A stretch of 64,000 nt of DNA from Candidatus Latescibacterota bacterium (GTDB lineage: Bacteria > Latescibacterota > UBA2968): NCBI GenBank assembly GCA_965205975.1, contig OZ242195.1:4672001-4736000 (forward strand). The letters run 5' to 3'. A program made the position numbers and the translations under genes. The notes beneath the pieces were generated by a model. That model was not told the DNA's origin. It made no database searches and saw only the letters and a program-made list of their open reading frames with translations. Below, piece by piece: positions 58,316-64,000 of this stretch (its first letter is position 1; each line of letters opens with the position of its first letter).

Positions 58316-58344
58316 AGCGTCTCGTAATTCTCTACCCGTTTTTT
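58305..58344 (+). terminator. Terminator after abiEi
   Basis: AAAACGGGTAGAG...CTCTACCCGTTTTTT. Confidence 0.8.
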
Positions 58345-58466
58345 ATTTTTCTAAAAAAATTTTACATTCTCTGAATCTTTCATCTCTTCGGCTTTGTCAG
58401 AGTCGATACCGCACCAAAACAATGCATAAATGCATAAATGACGGAAAGGGAAAGGAAGGAGAAAAC

Positions 58467-58600
58467 ATGCCAGACGAAAGCAACCAACTCTACCTCTATG
58501 AAGCTCTGGAACTCAGGGCTGAATACGATGCCAGAATCAAAACCCTGAAAGATTGCCTGTCAGAAACCAGGCAAAATCGCATTAGCCTCTATTCACTCTA
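58467..58600 (+). pseudogene. 5' stub of a coiled-coil (DIP1984-like) gene
   Basis: AAGGAG RBS; MPDESNQLYLYEALELRAEYDARIKTLKDCL, then the frame runs antisense into the PhyH gene. Confidence 0.45.
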
Positions 58601-59464
58601 TCCAATCGCTGATCGCTTTGGCAGCGCGGCTCTAAACGCCGCCACACTCTCCCAATCGGGACCCAGTGCGTGCCGCGAGAATATCGGATCTGGCTGCCGA
58701 TACATCAAATGCGCCGTGCGCCGAATCCGCTGCGTCTGCCGGACAGTCCCGCAGTGATAACTGGCAATATTGAACATCACAGCAGACCCCGCTGGCGCGT
58801 GAACATCGACCCGACCGATCCGTCGGGGATTTGTGCGACCAAAAGAATCTGTCCAAATCGGCTTATCCGGATCTACATACGCCGTCTCATCATCATCAAT
58901 CCGCAAAACACCCTCGCCCCATCCGGATTTCCCCTCCCGCGTCTTGGGCAATTGACGCTTGGTCTCGGCACTCTCTGGAATAAGACTCGTGCAGTGGGAC
59001 CCGGCATCCACATCATCCAGATAGTAAATCACCTGTATCGCCGGGGCAAAAAACGCATTCCGATCAGCACCCTCCACAATACCGTTGTACTCCCGGTGCC
59101 ACTGCCGCGAGAGACAGAGCGGATCGCCGCCGTCAATATCCTCTGGCGGATCGGCGGCACACACCTCGCGCCGCAAAAAACTCAGACTGCTAAACTGAAC
59201 ACCCGCTCCGAGAATGCAATGCACCAGTGGCACGACCGACGGATGGTGAACCAGGCCATCCAGCGCCTCTGTCCTGTGCATCAACTCCGGTGCCCTGCAG
59301 CCCACCGCTATATGCCCCGGACGAGGTCCAGGCTCCCATTCCTTCGGGTTCGCGGCCACATCCGCATCAATCCCATCGTTAATCGCCGCCACCTCCTCCG
59401 GTGAAAGCGCCCCCTCCACCACGGCATACCCGTTCTCCGCAAAACATCTCAGCATCTCGTCCAT
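58598..59464 (-). CDS. PhyH family dioxygenase (HxE variant)
   Basis: FAENGYAVVEGALS, QWHRE, YYLDDV, AGSAVMFN..YHCG. Confidence 0.85.
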   Translation of the reverse strand: MDEMLRCFAENGYAVVEGALSPEEVAAINDGIDADVAANPKEWEPGPRPGHIAVGCRAPELMHRTEALDGLVHHPSVVPLVHCILGAGVQFSSLSFLRREVCAADPPEDIDGGDPLCLSRQWHREYNGIVEGADRNAFFAPAIQVIYYLDDVDAGSHCTSLIPESAETKRQLPKTREGKSGWGEGVLRIDDDETAYVDPDKPIWTDSFGRTNPRRIGRVDVHAPAGSAVMFNIASYHCGTVRQTQRIRRTAHLMYRQPDPIFSRHALGPDWESVAAFRAALPKRSAIG

Positions 59465-59492
59465 CGCATCGCTCCTTTGAAAAGACATCGCG

Positions 59493-60590
59493 TCAAACCG
59501 AATATCTCTCAAGAACATCCCGGTCAATCTCAATCCCCAGCCCGGGACCCTGGGGAACCGCGAGAAAACCATCCACGGGCAAAATAGGCTCTTTGGACAA
59601 CCCTGTTCGAAGCCCATTTTCCGTCATATCGCATTCAAAAAAAGAAGGGACTAGATTCATAGAACCGGACGCATCTGGCATCGACGCCTGCCAGTGCAGA
59701 GTAGCGGCAAGGCCAACGACTGCCCCCCACATATGCGGCATAACCGGAATATAATTGGCACTGGCCATCGCCACAACCTTTCTCGCCTCTGTAAACCCGC
59801 CGACAATCGCGATATCCGGCTGCACAATATCCACCGCCCGCCGCTGAATAAACTCCCGAAATGCCCAGCGACCCTGCAAACCCTCGCATCCCGCAATCCG
59901 CATCCCGAGCGCCCTTTTAATTTCTACATACCCGGCCACATCATCCCTCGAAGTCGGTTCTTCATACCAGAACAGATCGTACGCTTCCATCCTGCGTCCC
60001 ACCTCAATCGCCGTACCCACATCATAGGCCAAATTTGCATCCACGCACAAAAGAATATCATCGCCAATCGCTTTTCGCACAGCAGCCACATTCTGCTCAT
60101 CGTACGCCTTCCCCAATCCAACCTTCATCTTCATCGCGGGAAAACCCCGATCCACATATCCCCTGGCCTCATCCATCAACGCCTGTGTATTATCCGGCCT
60201 GTCTTTCCTGAACAACCCACTGGCATAGCAGGGGATACGGTCCCGAAATGCACCCCCCAGAAGGCGATAAACCGGCACATCAAGTGCCTTACCCATAATA
60301 TCCCACAACGCAATATCCACGCCGCTGGTCGCCCCCACATTCCTCAGACTCCCCGAACTGTTCAGCGCATTCCAGATCACTTCGCAATCGAACGGATCCT
60401 GCCCGATCACATGCCACTGAATATCCGACTCACCAATCGACCCCGCCCCCTGTCCCCATCCCGTAATGCCCGCATCGGTCAAAATCTCCACCAGAGTAGA
60501 TGACCGCTCCGTAATCCACGCAAAAGAATTTCCGAACTTCTCGGTCACGGGATAGCGCAAACGATGGTATTTAACATCCGTAATCTTCAT
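59493..60590 (-). CDS. Mandelate racemase/muconate lactonizing enzyme family protein
   Basis: SGVDIALWDIMGK, MKMKVG, VDAN, WYEEP, VQPD, GPGLG. Confidence 0.93.
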   Translation of the reverse strand: MKITDVKYHRLRYPVTEKFGNSFAWITERSSTLVEILTDAGITGWGQGAGSIGESDIQWHVIGQDPFDCEVIWNALNSSGSLRNVGATSGVDIALWDIMGKALDVPVYRLLGGAFRDRIPCYASGLFRKDRPDNTQALMDEARGYVDRGFPAMKMKVGLGKAYDEQNVAAVRKAIGDDILLCVDANLAYDVGTAIEVGRRMEAYDLFWYEEPTSRDDVAGYVEIKRALGMRIAGCEGLQGRWAFREFIQRRAVDIVQPDIAIVGGFTEARKVVAMASANYIPVMPHMWGAVVGLAATLHWQASMPDASGSMNLVPSFFECDMTENGLRTGLSKEPILPVDGFLAVPQGPGLGIEIDRDVLERYSV

Positions 60591-60778
60591 ATTCTCTCCC
60601 ATACATTGATCCAATATCTGGTACCCGAAAATAAAACCTCACTTTACCAAAGTCAACCAGCACCGAACTTCAGAATATCATCTTTCCCATCTGGACTTGC
60701 AATTCATTCTGACCTTGCCCATATTTGAATAACAATTTAAAAAACCAATACGCACTCTCATGACAGATGCGATAACAA

Positions 60779-61420
60779 ATGATCGCCACGATATTTGACA
60801 TTGATGGAACCCTGGTCGAAAGTTTTGATTTTGATGGGACCAGCTACATCTCTGCGATAAGAGAGGTTCTGGGCGAAGTTTGCATCCACGATGATTGGAG
60901 CCAATACAAAAACGTAACAGATTCAGGTATGTTGCGAGAAATAATGAAAGAGAATAAGATCCGAGAAAACGGACAAATTGAAGAAGTCCGCAAAAAATTC
61001 GGTGAATTAATTGCGCAGTATCTTGAAAATGGTGGCGAATGTCGCTCAAAGAAAGGGGCGATTTGCCTGATTGACAAACTTCTATCTGATCGGCACTATA
61101 AAATTGGAATTGCCACAGGCGGCTGGAGACATACCGCCAGAATGAAACTCAGGCATGCGGGATTTGGCTTGAGAAATACGGTACTGTTTTCCAGTGATGA
61201 CAGTGACGAGCGTGTGGAAATCATGAAGAAATGCCTATCTGCATTGGGGGACCGTTTCCATCGCGTCGTATATATCGGTGATGCTGTATGGGATATCCAG
61301 GCAACCAAAAAACTGGGATGGCACTTCATCGGCGTAGGACCACGCTTAAAGGGAAAATGTGAGTTTTGGGTTGAAGACTATTCAAACTACCATACATTCA
61401 TGAGGATGTTACACGCTTAA
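60779..61420 (+). CDS. HAD family hydrolase
   Basis: IFDIDGTL, IATGG, YIGDAVWD. Confidence 0.9.
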   Translation: MIATIFDIDGTLVESFDFDGTSYISAIREVLGEVCIHDDWSQYKNVTDSGMLREIMKENKIRENGQIEEVRKKFGELIAQYLENGGECRSKKGAICLIDKLLSDRHYKIGIATGGWRHTARMKLRHAGFGLRNTVLFSSDDSDERVEIMKKCLSALGDRFHRVVYIGDAVWDIQATKKLGWHFIGVGPRLKGKCEFWVEDYSNYHTFMRMLHA

Positions 61421-61441
61421 CAAAAAGAATGGAGATAAAAA

Positions 61442-61672
61442 ATGCATGAACGTATTATTATTGATCCCAAAGTTTGTCATGGACAAGCCTGTATTAAGGA
61501 CACTCGTATCCCAGTGCATTTAATCCTCCGGATGATGGCCAATGGGGATACCTTTGATGATATCCTGGAAGAATATCCTTCACTGACCAGAGAAGACATT
61601 CATGCCTGTTTCGACTATGGGGCCGCACTCGCTGAAGAACAGGTAACCCCTATAGAAACTTTGTCGAGATAA
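61442..61672 (+). CDS. DUF433 antitoxin
   Basis: IIIDPKVCHGQACIKDTRIPV, EYPSLTREDI. Confidence 0.92.
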   Translation: MHERIIIDPKVCHGQACIKDTRIPVHLILRMMANGDTFDDILEEYPSLTREDIHACFDYGAALAEEQVTPIETLSR

Positions 61673-61674
61673 GC

Positions 61675-62031
61675 ATGAAGATTGCCGTTGATGAACATAT
61701 TCCCTTGATGACTGTGCAAGCTCTGCGAGAGATGGGGCACGAGGTACGCGATATTCGCGGTACTCCTGATGAGGGCATGCAGGATGACGAACTGTGGAGT
61801 ATGGTACAGAGACAGAGATGTTTGTTTATCACAGCAGATAGAGGCTTTACACAGTATCGTACAGAGAGACATCATGGCGTGTTGATCGTCCGGCTGCGTC
61901 AGCCGAATCGACATAGAATTCACCACCGGGTCATGCAGGGAGTAACTCAATTTGCCGAAACCGATTGGCCCGGTTTACTGGTGGTCATGAGAGATACAGT
62001 CCAGAGCAGTTGGCGGGCAGAAGCGAAATAG
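61675..62031 (+). CDS. DUF5615 PIN-like toxin
   Basis: IAVDEHIP, LREMGHEV, DDEL, ITADRGF. Confidence 0.88.
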   Translation: MKIAVDEHIPLMTVQALREMGHEVRDIRGTPDEGMQDDELWSMVQRQRCLFITADRGFTQYRTERHHGVLIVRLRQPNRHRIHHRVMQGVTQFAETDWPGLLVVMRDTVQSSWRAEAK

Positions 62032-62146
62032 CATACTTCAACTACTTATCTTGACTTATTACTTATTCCGACCTTGCCCATATTTTAATGGATAAACTGA
62101 TCCAGAAATTTCCGTTGTTCATCCCTCTTTACACAGGAATAGTAAA

Positions 62147-62434
62147 ATGGCTTCTTGGCAAATTAAACAACTCGAAAAAATGAGTGAAATGGACTCCGAT
62201 TTGATAGATGATATACTCCATTATCTACACCAATCAAACCCTGTACGCCTTGAAAAACTTGTAATAGGTGCCTATCTCGATCGTGATATTAACCTCGGCA
62301 AGGCAGCGGAACTTCTCGGCCTCCATAGAGAAGAACTGAGACAACGCTTCCTCAAACAGGGCATTCCACTGCGAGAAGGAAGCCAATCCGTTGATGAATT
62401 AAAAGCTGAGATTGCTGCTGCTGATCAAATATGA
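62147..62434 (+). CDS. UPF0175 family protein (putative antitoxin)
   Basis: AYLDRDINLGKAAELLGL. Confidence 0.8.
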   Translation: MASWQIKQLEKMSEMDSDLIDDILHYLHQSNPVRLEKLVIGAYLDRDINLGKAAELLGLHREELRQRFLKQGIPLREGSQSVDELKAEIAAADQI

Positions 62435-63198
62435 GCAACGTAATGACGCTTAAAGAGCTAAAACAAATCGCAGCGTCTATTGGTAAAATTCAAGGATGGG
62501 ATTTCTCCGCCGTAAGAGATGGACGAGATCCCGTACCCTGGGATTATCTTACTCTGGTTCGCAACTACCTCACCTCATCATCTCGCGTCCTTGATATAGG
62601 GACGGGTGGCGGTGAAAAGTTTCTCACTCTATCACCGAACTTCGGCAGGGGCATTGGTATCGACATTAGCGACGAAATGATTCAAACAGCTCATGAGAAC
62701 CAATCCAAAATGCAGATAAACAACGTCTCTTTCAATGTCATGAGTGCTGATGCTCTGCAATTGCCTGACTCAAATTTTGATATTGTCTTGAATCGACATT
62801 CAGTTGTCAATGTAGATGAGATTTTGCGTGTGCTACGCACGGGAGGGTATTTTATCAATCAGGGCGTGGGACATCGCAATACGTCCAATATCCTGGCGGC
62901 GTTCGGTTGGACAAGCAACAGTTTTGGCGAGGATTGGTGGTCGCCTGATAGAGAATTCGCCAAAACTTTCCAGCAACTCGGCAATCGCATCATCGCGCTC
63001 ATGGAATATAACGTCGCGTATTGGTTCTGTGATGTTGAATCACTTCTCTTATGGCTACACACAGTCCCATTGCCAGAAAAATTCGAAATCGAAAAACACT
63101 GGCAAGGCGTTAACCAGATTCTTGAAAAGTACACCACTCAGCGGGGCATCGAAACCAACGAACACCGCGAGTTGCTTATTGTACAGAAGAGTGCTTAA
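62431..63198 (+). CDS. Class I SAM-dependent methyltransferase
   Basis: GWDFS, VLDIGTGGGE, FDIVLNRH, RVLRTGGYF. Confidence 0.9.
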   Translation: MSNVMTLKELKQIAASIGKIQGWDFSAVRDGRDPVPWDYLTLVRNYLTSSSRVLDIGTGGGEKFLTLSPNFGRGIGIDISDEMIQTAHENQSKMQINNVSFNVMSADALQLPDSNFDIVLNRHSVVNVDEILRVLRTGGYFINQGVGHRNTSNILAAFGWTSNSFGEDWWSPDREFAKTFQQLGNRIIALMEYNVAYWFCDVESLLLWLHTVPLPEKFEIEKHWQGVNQILEKYTTQRGIETNEHRELLIVQKSA

Positions 63199-63219
63199 CA
63201 GCTTCCAGAGGAGAACCCA

Positions 63220-64000
63220 ATGGCCGAACCCAAAGGTAAAGCCTTTCAGACCATGCGGGATACCGCTCCCAGAAATACCTATCGAGGCGCTGTTGTAGGA
63301 TGCGGCAGAATGGGCAGCACCATTGACGACGAACACATCGGCATGCCCCATTACCCATGGCCCTGGGCACACGCGCCTGCAATGATAGAAGCCCGGGGAA
63401 TTGATCTCGTTGCCGCCGCTGATGATGACCCCGCCAAACTCGAGGACTTCAAACAGCGCTGGGACGTTTCAGCCCTGTACACCGATTACCGGGAGATGGT
63501 CGAAAAAGAACAAATCGACGTGGTCTGCCTGACCACCCGCCCCGAACCCCGCGCTGAAATAACGGTCGGCCTGGCCGAACTGGGCGTCAAAGCCATCTTC
63601 GCCACCAAACCGATGTGCCGCACATTGGCTGAAGCCGATGCCATGATCGACGCCTGTGCCAAAAACAACGTCATCCTCTCAATCGCCTGCCATCTCAACT
63701 GGTATAGCTACTACACAAACGCCCGCCGACTCATTGCCGACGGCATCATTGGCCCCTTAAAAACAATGATCTGCCACAGCCCCTCCAGCCTTTCCAATAT
63801 TCAAAGCCACACCCTGACCTTACTCCGCCTCTTTGCCGGCGCGCCAGCCCAATGGGTAGTCGGTCTCATCGATACAGACAAACAGGCACAGTCCAACACC
63901 GACATCCCCGGATCGGGAATCATCGTATATGAAAACGGCCTCCGCACCATCTTAAACTCCCGCTCCGAAACCAGACCCTTTGCCTGGTCCCTGGAATTCA
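63220..64000 (+). CDS. Gfo/Idh/MocA family oxidoreductase; runs off the window
   Basis: Manual translation MAEPKGK...AVVGCGRMG...YTDYREM...AIFATKP; GAGGAG RBS. Confidence 0.88.
   Translation, partial: MAEPKGKAFQTMRDTAPRNTYRGAVVGCGRMGSTIDDEHIGMPHYPWPWAHAPAMIEARGIDLVAAADDDPAKLEDFKQRWDVSALYTDYREMVEKEQIDVVCLTTRPEPRAEITVGLAELGVKAIFATKPMCRTLAEADAMIDACAKNNVILSIACHLNWYSYYTNARRLIADGIIGPLKTMICHSPSSLSNIQSHTLTLLRLFAGAPAQWVVGLIDTDKQAQSNTDIPGSGIIVYENGLRTILNSRSETRPFAWSLEF

Overview
Bacterial chromosomal window with about 55 genes. The mix of sulfatases, PhyH dioxygenases, Gfo/Idh/MocA oxidoreductases and a dockerin/EF-hand-like exported protein suggests a Latescibacterota/Gemmatimonadota-type organism (inference only). 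The backbone carries an M16 protease, proA, catabolic operons, a sigma-70 factor, MlaEFD, two tRNA-Pro genes, a partner-switching signalling cluster, phoBR, an RNase II-family gene and a selenocysteine-containing BCP peroxiredoxin that the ORF track splits at its UGA. Accessory DNA lies after tRNA-Pro(GGG) (21.8-25.3 kb) and at 45.9-54.1 kb. The best candidate for an undescribed system is an AT-richer 7-gene minus-strand operon at 48.7-54.1 kb next to an IS630 element: nucleotidyltransferase, XRE-HTH/ImmA-IrrE metallopeptidase fusion, DUF4186 Cys-rich protein, radical SAM enzyme, a decayed DPPWY-type methyltransferase, ASCH protein and an NMP-kinase-like protein. Its promoter -10 box sits inside a perfect 13-6-13 palindrome. 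It looks like a stress- or phage-inducible nucleic-acid modification or defence module. Also notable: a NYN RNase preceded by promoter, structured leader and terminator (type III TA-like layout), a GC-skew flip across the IS, several orphan antitoxins and 5' gene stubs, and composite REP/short-repeat elements. All family calls come from motif recognition by eye, not database searches.
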